From an uncultured Candidatus Rokubacteria bacterium (GTDB lineage Bacteria > Methylomirabilota > Methylomirabilia > Rokubacteriales > DASRDR01), in contig CAVPSB010000025.1 of the NCBI GenBank assembly GCA_963708025.1, forward strand, positions 352,001 through 416,000: a stretch of DNA of 64,000 nt, read 5' to 3'. The notes under the pieces are model-generated. The model made no database searches. It was not told the DNA's origin and saw only the letters and a program-made list of their open reading frames with translations. Positions 48,265 through 58,296 of this stretch are shown here, piece by piece; within the stretch, counting starts at the first letter, position 1; each line of letters starts with the position of its first letter. The translations under genes and the position numbers were made by a program.

Positions 48265-48882
48265 TCAACGAGCGGCCCGCTCGGCCTGCCAGGCCACCGG
48301 CCCCTGGAAGTCCCAGTACCGGGTGCGGTCGAGCACGGGGTCCCCGCCGGAGAGGATCCCTCCGGGGAACCGGCCGTTGTGGAGCCGGAGGACCGCGTAG
48401 TGCCGGGGGGCCAGCTCGCGGGCGGCCCAGGCGTGCTTCACGCTGGTCCGCCAGTGCTCCTTCGCGTCCGGTGGATCGACGACGATCAGGTTTCCCCAGT
48501 TTCCGTCGGCCAGCTCGAGCGAGCCGTAGCTCAGGATGCCGGGGTGGTCCGGCAGCTCCCGGACCAGCTCGTCGTCCGTCAGGGTCAGCGGCGAAGGATC
48601 GATCCCGCGGCGCTTCAGGGCGAAGAAGCCGACGAAGCTCGGCTCGAGGGCGGCGCGGAGGCGCCACTCGTCGCAGAGGACGACCCGGTGCTGGCGGCCG
48701 TCCGGCTCCGGCGTCTGGACGACCAGCGGCCGCGCCTCACCGGGCAGCGCCTGGCGTAGGAGCCCGCGCAGCCGCGCCGCCATCACGTGGATCGACGCCA
48801 GGTCCTCGGCGGTGCGCGCCGGATCGGTGAACGGCCGGCCGCCGGCCGTCTCCGATCGGGTCAGGCGGACGATCTCCTCCAT
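48265..48882 (-). CDS. Hypothetical protein
   Basis: Protein-like composition (FVGFF, ILSYGSLEL..WGNLIV, H..AARELAP..Y..LRLHNG); GAGG SD. Confidence 0.7.
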   Translation of the reverse strand: MEEIVRLTRSETAGGRPFTDPARTAEDLASIHVMAARLRGLLRQALPGEARPLVVQTPEPDGRQHRVVLCDEWRLRAALEPSFVGFFALKRRGIDPSPLTLTDDELVRELPDHPGILSYGSLELADGNWGNLIVVDPPDAKEHWRTSVKHAWAARELAPRHYAVLRLHNGRFPGGILSGGDPVLDRTRYWDFQGPVAWQAERAAR

Positions 48883-48944
48883 GGCGCCTCGACCGCATTA
48901 TGGGGGTTCCCGGGCGCGCCCGTCGATGCCAAGATGAGGGCGCG

Positions 48945-49733
48945 ATGCTGGTCGTGGCCTCCTACCTGGCCGAGAATGCGCGGCCGATCTACGAGCGGAT
49001 CGCCGCCTACGTCGGGCAGCGGCTCGGCGAGGCCGCCGAGCTGACCCGGGCGCCGTGGGCCGAGCGCCTCCGGCTGCTGGACGACGGCGGCGTCAACGTC
49101 GCGTTCCTGTGCGGCCTGCCCTACTCCCGCCGGGTCGATCGCCTGGCGCTTCTCGGCGCGCCGGTCATGGCCGCCCTCCGCTACCGGGACCGGCCGGTCT
49201 ACTTCACCGACGTGATCGTGCGTCGAGACAGCCCGGTCCGGTCCTTCCGGGAGCTGCGAGGCCGGGTGTGGGCCTACAACGACGGGGACTCGAACTCCGG
49301 GTACGTCGTGCCGCGCGATCATCTCCTGACGCTCGGCGAGACGCGCGGGTTCTTCGGCGACGTGATCGCCTCCGGGTCCCACCAGCGGTCGATCCGGCTG
49401 GTCCTCGACGGCAAGGTGGACGCGTCGGGGATCGACAGCACGGTGCTCGAGCTGGAGCAGGCGCAGCAGCCCGACGTCGCGCTCGGCCTCCGCGTCGTCG
49501 AGTCGCTCGGCCCGTGTCCGATCCCGCCGGTCGTCGTCGCGGCGCGCCGTCCGGAGGCGCTGAAGGCCCGGCTTCGCGAGGTCCTCCTGGCGATGCACGC
49601 GGACCCGGCCGGCCGCGCCATCCTGGCCGACGGCCTGATCGCCCGCTTCGTCCCCGTCCGCGACGCCGACTACGACCCGATCCGCGAGATGCTCCGCCGG
49701 GCCGCCGCCGCCGGCTTCCTCGGCCTGCGCTGA
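48945..49733 (+). CDS. PhnD/SsuA-family substrate-binding protein
   Basis: AFLCGLPY, YFTDVIVR, SNSGY, SGSHQRSI, DASGIDS. Confidence 0.88.
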   Translation: MLVVASYLAENARPIYERIAAYVGQRLGEAAELTRAPWAERLRLLDDGGVNVAFLCGLPYSRRVDRLALLGAPVMAALRYRDRPVYFTDVIVRRDSPVRSFRELRGRVWAYNDGDSNSGYVVPRDHLLTLGETRGFFGDVIASGSHQRSIRLVLDGKVDASGIDSTVLELEQAQQPDVALGLRVVESLGPCPIPPVVVAARRPEALKARLREVLLAMHADPAGRAILADGLIARFVPVRDADYDPIREMLRRAAAAGFLGLR

Positions 49734-49790
49734 TCGCGGCCCAGATCACCTCTCGTCATTTCGGACGTGCCGATCGAAAGGAGCACCGGG

Positions 49791-51156
49791 GTGGACTACG
49801 ACGTCATCGTGATCGGATCGGGCGCCGGCGGCGAAGCGGCGGCGTATCTCGGCCGGGAGCTGGGAGCGCGCGTGGCGGTGATAGAGCGGGAGCTGGTGGG
49901 CGGGGAGTGCGCCGTACTGGGCGTGCATGCCGTCGAAGACGCTCCTGACCGCGGCGATGCGCCGCGCCGCCGGCGGCAGCTATCCCTGGGAGCGCGCCTC
50001 GGGGCGCCGGGACTGGATGATCTCGCGAGAGGGGCTCGACTACCCGGGTGACGCCGAGCAGGTGGCGGGGCTGGAGGGGGCGGGCGCCGTCGTCGTCCGG
50101 GGACAGGCGCGGATCGTCGGCCGCGGCAAGGTGGAAGTGGACGCCCCCCGCGGCGGCCGGCAGCTCCTGGAGGGATCGAGCCTCATCGTGGCCACGGGCT
50201 CCGTCCCCGTCATCCCGCCGATCGACGGGCTGAAGGAGGCCGGGTACTGGACGAGCCGGGAGGGCACGTCGCTCCGGGAGCTGCCCTCGAGCATCGTCGT
50301 GCTGGGCGGGGGAGTCGTCGGCGTCGAGCTGGCCCAGGTCTACGCGCGGTTCGGGGTGCGGACGGTGGTCGTCGAGGGCAACGATCGCATCCTGTCGCGC
50401 GATCACCCGAAGAGCTCCCAGGCGGTGACCGACCAGCTCCGCCAGGAAGGCGTGGAGATCCGGACCGGGGTGAAGGCGAAGGCGGTGCGCGCCGGCGGGT
50501 CGGGTCGCATCGTCGAGCTGTCGGACGGCTCCCGGGTGGAGGGGGCCCAGCTCCTCGTCGCGGTGGGCCGGCGCGCGTCAGACCTGCGCGCGCTCGGGAT
50601 CGAGGCGGCTGGGGTCCGGCTCGGCGACCGGGGCGCCGTCCACCCCGACGAGCAGATGCGGGTGGGCGACGGCGTGTTCGTGGCCGGCGACGCGGCCGGC
50701 GGGCTCCAGTTCACCCACGTCGCGGACTACGAGGGGAAGATCGCCGTCCGGGCCGCGCTCGGCCAGAAGGCCCGCGCGGACCTCGGATCGGTGCCGAAGG
50801 CGACCTTCACGGACCCGGAGACGGCGGGAGTCGGCCTCACCGTGGAGGAGGCCCGCGCCCAGGGGATCGACGCCTTCGAGGTGACCCAGGACTTCGCGGC
50901 CACCGCCCGGGGCGTGACGCTGGAGGCGACCGGGGGCCACCTCACGGTCGTGGTCGACCGCGGCCGGGGGATCCTGGCCGGCGCGTTCGCCGCGTGCCCC
51001 GGCTCGGGAGAGCTGATCCACGAGGCCGCGCTGGCCATCAAGCTCGGCGTCCCGCTGGCCGTGCTGGCCGACACCATCCACGCCTTCCCGACCGCCGCCC
51101 GGGGATTGGGGGGCGTGCTGGAGGACGCCGGGAAGCAGCTCGCGAGGAACGCCTAG
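49791..51156 (+). CDS. Pyridine nucleotide-disulfide oxidoreductase, class I (frameshift near 49913)
   Basis: GSGAGG; redox motif GGEC-A-YWACMPSK split by one extra base; ATGS, GGGVVGVE, AGD, IHAFPT. Confidence 0.88.
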
Positions 51157-51524
51157 GCCGAGCGGCGCGTCGGCGTGGTCGAGCGCCGGCCCCGGTCCGG
51201 GGAGGCGCCGGCGAAGAACCGGTGGATCGCGTGGCCGGCGGAGCGCAGGCTGTCCCGGAGGGCGTAGCCGAAATCCCGGGCGCGGTCGTGCAGCGCGTCG
51301 GCGACCGGCTTCGCCTGCCGGCCGGCCCGCCTCAGCCGGGTGCCGGCCTGCCGGGCGGCGTCGGACACCGCCTTGCCGACGCCCTTGGCGGATTCCTCGA
51401 CGCCCTGGCCGATCTTCCGAGCGCCCTCGGCGACCTGGCCCGGACCCTGCCTGGCCGTCGCGCCGGCCGAGCCCGTCGCCAGCGCGACCACCAGGGCGAG
51501 CGCAACGGACCCGACGATTCGCAT
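51153..51524 (-). CDS. Small secreted hypothetical protein
   Basis: Signal peptide and amphipathic GARKIGQGVEESAKGVGK repeats. Confidence 0.65.
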   Translation of the reverse strand: MRIVGSVALALVVALATGSAGATARQGPGQVAEGARKIGQGVEESAKGVGKAVSDAARQAGTRLRRAGRQAKPVADALHDRARDFGYALRDSLRSAGHAIHRFFAGASPDRGRRSTTPTRRSA

Positions 51525-51666
51525 CGGGCTCCACCATGCCGGGCGGGCTGCCGGTTGTCAAGATTTCGACAGCCGACGCTTCGGCGGGAAGCTTGACCCC
51601 CCCGCGACGCCGGTGCTATGAGTGGATCACGGGCCGCTCGGGCGCGCCCGGTCTTCGGAGCGACAC

Positions 51667-52464
51667 GTGATTCAGGCTGCCGCTGAACCCCGGACCTTCG
51701 CTCGGCCGTCCAGGTCGAGGCCTCGCCGCCGCCCCGCCGGCCGCCGCCTCCGGCTGGCCTGTTACGGGGTGGTCGGAGTCGGGCTCCTGGTCGTCCTGAA
51801 CTGGGGCTACCACGTCATCCGCAAGCCGACCGAGCTGCTGGCCCCGGTGAGCCCGGTGCTGGCCAAGACGCCCCGCGCCACGTGGGCCGCGTACGGCCAT
51901 CTCTTCGCGGAGCATTCCACGGAGGTCATGACGCCGGAGCTCCTGGCCGCGCTCGCCCAGGTGGAGGGAAGCGGCAATCCGATCGCCCGGACGTACTGGC
52001 GCTGGCAGTGGTCGCTGAACCCGTTCGAGATCTACCGGCCAGCCTCCAGCGCGGTCGGGATGCTGCAGATCACCGATGGCACGTTCCGGGAGGCCCGGCG
52101 GTACTGCATCCACGACCACGTGGTGGTCAGGGACGGCCCGTGGCACGACGCGGACTCGTGCTGGTTCAACGCCCTCTACACCCGCGCCGTCCCGAGCCAC
52201 GCCATCGAGATGACGGCCGCCTACCTGCACCAAGCGGTGGTCGAGACGCTGGGCCGCTCCCGGCCCGCTCGCGGGAGCCTGGCCCAGAAGCAGGATCTGG
52301 CGGCAGTGATCCACCTGTGCGGCCCGAAGCGCGGGGAGGCCTTCGCCAGGCGCGGCTTCCGCGTCGCGCCGGGCGAGCGCTGCGGCGACCACGACGTGCG
52401 CCAGTACCTCGCCCAGGTCGCCGCCCAGAAGCGCCAGTTCGCCCGCCTCGGCGACGCCGGGTAG
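51667..52464 (+). CDS. Lytic transglycosylase (SLT-like) domain protein
   Basis: N-terminal TM; LAALAQVEGSGNP (catalytic Glu), SAVGMLQIT; start could be 51622. Confidence 0.75.
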   Translation: MIQAAAEPRTFARPSRSRPRRRPAGRRLRLACYGVVGVGLLVVLNWGYHVIRKPTELLAPVSPVLAKTPRATWAAYGHLFAEHSTEVMTPELLAALAQVEGSGNPIARTYWRWQWSLNPFEIYRPASSAVGMLQITDGTFREARRYCIHDHVVVRDGPWHDADSCWFNALYTRAVPSHAIEMTAAYLHQAVVETLGRSRPARGSLAQKQDLAAVIHLCGPKRGEAFARRGFRVAPGERCGDHDVRQYLAQVAAQKRQFARLGDAG

Positions 52465-52700
52465 TCCGCTCGCGATCCGCCCCTTCCCGGGGAGGAACCC
52501 CCGGTTTCGCCACCGACTGCCACCACCACCAGTGACCACTCCGCCCTGGGCGGCTCCCAAGTCCTCGATTTCACGTCAGGGACCGTTGGCGAGCCGGCTG
52601 CACTATCACCGTGCAGGCTGGACGCCGCGGGAATTCCGCCGGCGCCCGAGACGCACCCTGGGAAGAGGACCGCGAGGATCGCGGCCAAGGAGGACCGGAG

Positions 52701-53742
52701 ATGGCAGCTCACCGCTCCCCGATTCAGTGCATCGTCCCACCCCACATCCTCAAGGAGGTCGTCCGCAACGGCTCCCCGTCGCAGCGCGCCTGGGCCCTGC
52801 GGACCATGATCATGTCCGAGCAGATGCGCGGCCGGCGCCAGGCCCTGGGCGCCATGGCGTTCCCCGACGCGGCCGGGGGCAAGCACCGCTCGGTCTACGA
52901 CGCCAAGCACCTCATGGACCTGCCCGGGGTCCTCGTCCGCGACGAGGGAGACCCGGAGAGCGGCGACCCGGGAGTCAACGAGGCTTACGACGGCGCCGGC
53001 GCGACCTACGACCTGTACGCCGAGGTCTACGATCGGGCCTCGATCGACGACAAGGGGCTCCGGCTCGTCTCCACCGTCCACTACGCGGTGGACTACGACA
53101 ACGCGTTCTGGGACGGGCACCAGATGGTCTACGGCGACGGTGACGGCCAGATCTTCCAGCGCTTCACCAAGTCCCTCGACGTCATCGGCCACGAGCTGAC
53201 ACACGGCGTCACCCAGTACGAGGCCGGTCTCGCGTACTGGGAACAGCCGGGCGCGCTGAACGAGTCCTTCTCGGACGTCTTCGGCTCGCTGGTAAAGCAG
53301 CGCGTCCTGGGCCAGACGGTGGACAAGGCGGACTGGCTGATCGGCGAAGGCCTGTTCACCTCGGCGGTCCACGGGTTCGCGCTCCGCTCGATGATGGCGC
53401 CGGGCACCGCCTACGACGATCCCGTGATCGGGAAGGATCCCCAGCCGGCCCACATGCGCGACTTCGTGACGACCAACGACGACAACGGCGGCGTCCACAT
53501 CAACTCCGGCATCCCGAACCACGCGTTCTACCTGACCGCCACGGCGCTCGGCGGCAACGCCTGGGAAGAGGCCGGCCGGATCTGGTACGTCGCCCTGCGC
53601 GACCGGATCCGCTCGAGGTCGAACGTTCCAGCAGGCGGCCAACCTCATCATGCGGGTGGCGGCGGAGCTCTACGGGGCGGGGAGCCGCCAGGAGAAGGCC
53701 GTCCGCGACGGCTGGGCGGGGGTCGGCATCACCGTCCGGTAG
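52701..53742 (+). CDS. Protealysin-like M4 metalloprotease (frameshift near 53623)
   Basis: Short CIVPPHIL propeptide, DNAFWDG, GHELTHG, ALNESFSD, GGVHINSGIPN; last helix in a second frame. Confidence 0.93.
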
Positions 53743-53753
53743 CCGGCAGGGGG

Positions 53754-54172
53754 ATGCGTGTCGTCCGGGCGCCAGGGACCCTGTCCGTCGCGGGCCTGCT
53801 TTGGGTAAGCTACCTCGCGTGCGCGGCGACCGAGGCACCGAACCCGAACGCGAGGAGCAGCCCGATGCGGGTCCACTTCGAGCGGACCGGTGGCATGGCG
53901 GGGATGCGGCTCACGGCCACGATCGACGGCGAGGCCCTGGCGCCCGACGAGCAGAGACAGCTGGAGGAACTGGTCACGGCGGCGGATTTCTTCGCGTTGC
54001 CCGAGCGCCTGGCCTCCCCGTCGCCCGGGGCCGACCGGTTCCAGTACCGGGTGACCGTGGAGCGGGGGGATCAGCGGCACAGCGTCCTGATCGAGGAGGC
54101 CGCCTCCCCCCAGCTCTCCGGCCCCTCCTGGAGTGGCTGACCCGGGCAGCGCGCGGCCGGCGGGGATCGTAG
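53754..54172 (+). CDS. Emfourin (protealysin inhibitor) family protein (frameshift near 54105; core start 53865)
   Basis: MRVHFERTGGMAG..FFALP..GADRFQYRVTVE..LRPLLEWL, directly downstream of the M4 protease. Confidence 0.85.
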
Positions 54173-54224
54173 TCGGACGGACCGCCGGGCCGTGAGCCCG
54201 AGGTCCGGAAGGTGGAGGTGACCC

Positions 54225-54899
54225 ATGGTCAAGCTGTATCGGCAACTGGCTCTCGGCGGCTCGAGCGCGGTCGGGGCGAGCGCGGCCGTGCTCGCGGACC
54301 TGACCCAGAAGAACGAGGCATCGGCGCTGTTGAAGATCGGCGGCGTGGTCGGGGCGACCTGGCTGGCGGCGCTGGTCGTGGTGGTCCTGGCGGTGGCCGT
54401 CTGCTTCATCTTCGAGTGCCCCACGCCGCGTCGGGCCTTCTACACCGGGGCCAGCGTCCTCACGATCCTGATGGCCACGGTGCCGTACAAGGTCCCACCG
54501 AGCATCAACACCAACCCGGACAAGGTGGCCACGGTGGCCCCGCGACAGACCGGCTGGCTCCTGGGTCCCTCGATGGCGTACGCGCAGGTCCGGACGGCCG
54601 CCGTCTCGCCGGTCGCCCTCCGGGTCAACCTGACGACCGAGGACGGCCGGCCGGTCTCGCGGGCGATGCTGACGCTCCGGGATCCCGAGAGCGACGCGAT
54701 CGTCGCCCGCTCGAACCTGAGCGGCGCCTCGTTCGACCTCTACCCGGCGCCCGGACGCTACGCGCTGGTCGTGGAGGTGCCGGGGTACGCCATCACGCGA
54801 CGCGAGATCGACCTGCGGGCGGGACGCCCCCTGCAGCTCGACATCCGCCTGGAGGCGGACGGGATCCCGCTGCCCCTCCAGCGGTTGTACCGGAAGTAG
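54225..54899 (+). CDS. Membrane protein with a C-terminal carboxypeptidase-regulatory-like beta domain
   Basis: Three hydrophobic segments, then EDGRPVSRAMLTL..PGRYALVVEVPGY. Confidence 0.65.
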   Translation: MVKLYRQLALGGSSAVGASAAVLADLTQKNEASALLKIGGVVGATWLAALVVVVLAVAVCFIFECPTPRRAFYTGASVLTILMATVPYKVPPSINTNPDKVATVAPRQTGWLLGPSMAYAQVRTAAVSPVALRVNLTTEDGRPVSRAMLTLRDPESDAIVARSNLSGASFDLYPAPGRYALVVEVPGYAITRREIDLRAGRPLQLDIRLEADGIPLPLQRLYRK

Positions 54900-54913
54900 G
54901 CGGGACGCTTCGC

Positions 54914-55987
54914 CTAGCCCGGGCGGGCCACGTAGAGCGAGTTGGCGGGGTCCACGCGCTCGAAGAGCCGGACGTCCGTGAAGCCGGCCTCGCGCAGCAT
55001 GCGGGTGGCCAGCCCGGTCCCCCAGGCAGTGCCGAGGCCGGCCCCGCCATGGGCCAGGGAGACGGTCATGCAGTGCATCGTGCTGACGGTGTAGACGAAC
55101 GCGGTCATCGGCATCCCGACGTTCTCTTCCAGCCGGCTGGAGGCGTGGACGTCGACCATGAGGAAGAGACCGCCGGGGGCCAGCGCCTGCCGGACGCACC
55201 GCAGCACGGCCGCGGGATCGATCTGGTCGTGGATGGCGTCGAAGGCCGTGATCAGGTCGAACCGGGGCTCGGACGGCAGGCGTGCCACGTCCTGCACGAC
55301 GAAGGAGACGTTCGCCACGCTCATGGCTGCCGCCTCCTGGCGGGCGCGGGCGATGGCCGCCTCCGAGAAGTCGTAGCCGACGAAGACGCTCCGCGGGAAT
55401 CGCTGGGCCATCAGGTTCACGCAGAAGCCGGTGCCGCACCCGACGTCGGCGACCCGGATGCCGGACTCCAGGCGCGGCAGCAGCCCCTCCGGCAGGGCGA
55501 GGTACTTCGTGAAGAGCAGCTCCAGGTAGCGGGGCCGGCTCCGGGCGTCCATCACCCCGGTGAACTCGGGCTGGTAGGCGGCATAGGGGACGCCGCCGCC
55601 CTTCCGGAACGCCTCGACCACCGCGGGGACGACGCGGCCGAGCAGCGGGAACAGGGTGGCGAGCGTGCAGAGGTTCCGGCTGGTCTGGCCGGTCAACAGC
55701 ACCGCGTGCTCGGGCGGCAGCCGGTAGGTCTCGGCGGCCGCGTCGTACTCGACCAGGCCGCCGCAGACCATGGCCCCGAGCCATTCGCGGACGTAGCGCT
55801 CGGTGAGCCCGGCGCGCTCGGCGATGGCCGCGCTGGAGGCCGCCGGCAGCGTCGCCATCGCCTCGAAGAGCCCCGTCTGCCGCCCGACCTCCATCATCAG
55901 CACGACCGACGCGCCCGTGAAGTGGCCGACCATCTGCTGGGTGAAGGCCTTGACCTTGGCGTCGTCGAGCAGGCGCGGCGTCGTCAT
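54914..55987 (-). CDS. SAM-dependent methyltransferase with N-terminal wHTH (Rv2258c-like)
   Basis: GLTERYVREWL, ADVGCGTG, AFDAIHD, HCMTVSLA..GLGTAWG. Confidence 0.92.
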   Translation of the reverse strand: MTTPRLLDDAKVKAFTQQMVGHFTGASVVLMMEVGRQTGLFEAMATLPAASSAAIAERAGLTERYVREWLGAMVCGGLVEYDAAAETYRLPPEHAVLLTGQTSRNLCTLATLFPLLGRVVPAVVEAFRKGGGVPYAAYQPEFTGVMDARSRPRYLELLFTKYLALPEGLLPRLESGIRVADVGCGTGFCVNLMAQRFPRSVFVGYDFSEAAIARARQEAAAMSVANVSFVVQDVARLPSEPRFDLITAFDAIHDQIDPAAVLRCVRQALAPGGLFLMVDVHASSRLEENVGMPMTAFVYTVSTMHCMTVSLAHGGAGLGTAWGTGLATRMLREAGFTDVRLFERVDPANSLYVARPG

Positions 55988-56267
55988 GACAGCGGATCCT
56001 CTCTCATCTCTCATCGGAGATTCGTGGGCCCGACCCCGGTGCGGCGCCAGGATCATGCCCCTCGGGTGGCGGCCGGAGCAAGGCGCGCCGGCGACCCCTT
56101 GACCTCGTTGACCTCGCCGGCTCACGAAGAGTAGCATCCGCGGCGTGGAGTCGTGCGACGCCGGTGTGTCGGGGATGTTGGCCGGCTCGTCGACGCGGAC
56201 TGCAGCGCGACCTCGGCGGTCGTGAAGCGGCGACGGCTGGTGGGCGGGCCGAGTGGACCGAGTGCTC

Positions 56268-56624
56268 ATGAAGCGACCCGTGGCGATCTGGCTCGTCGTA
56301 CTCCTACTGGCGGTCTCGGGGGTCTACACGCTGTGGGGAGTGGCGACCCTGCGTCGCTGGGAGTTCGCCCCGGTGGGTGTGCTATCGCTCTTGGGAAGCG
56401 GCGGGCTCGTGCGTGGCCGGCGGTGGTCGCAGCCGGTCGTCCACCTGGTCGCGGCGTTCGCCGTCATCGGATGGGGCTATGGTGTGTGGCGCGTGGCGGC
56501 GGCGGGCTGGCCCTCCACGGACGTGATGAGGACGATCTTCTCGCTGCTTCCGGGAGCGTGCTGGGTCGTCGGCTGGTCCGGCTCCAGCCTGCTCGTCTTC
56601 CGATACTTCCGGTCGCGACACTGA
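56268..56624 (+). CDS. Small four-TM hypothetical membrane protein
   Basis: MKRP start followed by four hydrophobic helices. Confidence 0.6.
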   Translation: MKRPVAIWLVVLLLAVSGVYTLWGVATLRRWEFAPVGVLSLLGSGGLVRGRRWSQPVVHLVAAFAVIGWGYGVWRVAAAGWPSTDVMRTIFSLLPGACWVVGWSGSSLLVFRYFRSRH

Positions 56625-56667
56625 GCCGCTCGGCGACCGACCGACCGGATCAGGGGGAGCCCATGTC

Positions 56668-57252
56668 ATGGACCCGAGCCTGACGACGCTGCTCGAGGAG
56701 TTGGCGCGGTTCGGCGACGAGAACGACGCGCGGGAGACCGAGCGGCCGAAGCGGATGCTGAACATCACCCCCGACACCGGGCGGCTTCTCTGGATCCTGA
56801 TCCGCTCGGCGCGGGCCGCGCGCATCCTGGAGGTCGGCACCTCCAACGCGTACTCGACGATCTGGCTGGCCGACGCCGCCCGCGCCCTCGACGGGCGGGT
56901 CACGACGCTGGAGCGGAACCCCGAGAAGGCGCGGATGGCCCGGCAGAACTTGACGCGGGCGGGATTGCTGGATCGCGTGGACCTCCGGGAAGGGCCGGCG
57001 GTGGAGACGCTGGCGACCCTGCCCGGTCCCTTTGACCTCGTCTTCCTCGACGCCGACCGGCCGAGCTACCGCGCGTACCTGGACCTGGCGCTCCCCAAGC
57101 TGGTGCCCGGCGGGCTGCTCGTCGCGGACAACGTCGTCTCCCACGCCAGCGAGCTGGAGGACTACCTCGCCCGCGTGAAGTCGCACCCCGACCTCTGCTC
57201 GGTGACGGTGCCGGTCGGGAAGGGCGAGGAGATCTCCCTCAAGCTCCGCTGA
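56668..57252 (+). CDS. O-methyltransferase (family 3)
   Basis: ILEVGTSNAYSTIWLA, FDLVFLDADR, GGLLVADN. Confidence 0.92.
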   Translation: MDPSLTTLLEELARFGDENDARETERPKRMLNITPDTGRLLWILIRSARAARILEVGTSNAYSTIWLADAARALDGRVTTLERNPEKARMARQNLTRAGLLDRVDLREGPAVETLATLPGPFDLVFLDADRPSYRAYLDLALPKLVPGGLLVADNVVSHASELEDYLARVKSHPDLCSVTVPVGKGEEISLKLR

Positions 57253-57444
57253 GCAAGCCTGAGCGCAAGTCTGGGCGGCGGCCGATTCTGCTGGCCTCGG
57301 GGGTGATCCGGGGCGCGGCCCGCGCCCGCGTCAACGTGGCGGGCGGGTCGCGCGCTCGCGAGCGGGCGGCCGGGGCGATGGCGGCCGGCGGGGGTCGGGG
57401 ATGGTCCCGGACCGTGTCTGCCTCGGTGAACGCCCTGCCGCCCA

Positions 57445-57625
57445 CGCGCAATTGGCCGTGGGCCGCCCTCATGCGGCGCGCGGAGCCCGCCACATCACTG
57501 GCAGGAGGTGCAGTATGACGGGTCGTCCTTCGCGCTCGACGTGCTGGCGTGCCCCCGCTGCGGGGGGCGGATGCGCGTGATCGCGACCGTCGCGGACCCA
57601 ACCGCGATCGGCCAGATCCTGGGGG
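57445..57625 (+). mobile_element. C-terminal remnant of an IS91-like (Y2/HUH) transposase, interrupted by a ~46-bp insert
   Basis: RNWPWAALMRRA | FALDVLACPRCGGRMRVIATVADPTAIGQILG, the Zn-knuckle tail typical of IS91/ISCR-like transposases. Confidence 0.75.
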
Positions 57626-57910
57626 CCCGGCCGCCCGGCACGCCTCGCGGGCCTGGCCCGCCCGCCCCGGCCGTCGGCTGAGCGTCCGACACGGCCCGCG
57701 CCGGCCGGGAACCCTCGACCGGAGGTGGGCCGCCGCCCGGCCCGGCGACCGGCGGCTCGCCCTGCTTGCCCCCCCTGTGCCGCGCCCGCGTCGCTCCTGA
57801 CCGAGCCTCAGACCGCCCGGACCATTCCTGGCCGGATCCCGCGCGGCTCTCGCGCTTGACACCAGCCGCCCGTCTTCCCACCATTGCCCCGGGAAGGGGG
57901 TCATCCGCCA

Positions 57911-58020
57911 GCCGCCCTGGGGGCTATGACCCCGCCCTGGGCTATGATCCCTATGACCGAGAACGGTCATAATGTCGCCTACCCCCCTCATTATGTCGCC
58001 TACCCCCTCGCCTACCCCCA
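57911..58020 (+). repeat. Stuttered junction motif containing a dif-like site (57953-57980)
   Basis: CCGCCCTGG..CTATGA x2, ATGACCGAGAA-CGGTCA-TAATGTCGCCT, CATwATGTCGCCTACCCCC x2, TCGCCTACCCCC x3. Confidence 0.75.
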
Positions 58021-58178
58021 GCCGGCGGGAGCCCCCGCAAGGCGTCGAACAGGCCGGTGCGGTGGCCCACCGAGATCATGAGACAGGCGGCGCCGAGGTT
58101 CAGCGTGTCCAGGAGCCGTCCGGCGAACGCTTCCGCCTTCGCTGCGTCAAAGCCCGTGCGTTCTTCCGAAGGTGGCAT
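58021..58178 (-). pseudogene. 5' fragment of an Rv2258c-like methyltransferase
   Basis: [44 protein letters not shown] aligns with the N-terminus of 54914..55987; similarity stops at the junction motif. Confidence 0.85.
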
Positions 58179-58296
58179 TGAAAGTCTCCCGATCTTTCCG
58201 GTGCGTCCTATTCCGTGGGGCTGGATTCCCCGAGCATCACTCGATTCCGGAGGCCACGCAAGGCGGTAACGTCAAGGCCAGGCCTCACGGTCAACG

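Noticed and set aside
49791-51156. Mercuric reductase MerA
   Set aside because: No C-terminal Cys-Cys pair, no N-terminal HMA domain and no mer genes nearby.
52611-54140. Natural M4 protease-emfourin fusion (509-aa ORF)
   Set aside because: The read-through results from a one-base frameshift near 53623; the true protease C-terminus and stop (53742) are in another frame.
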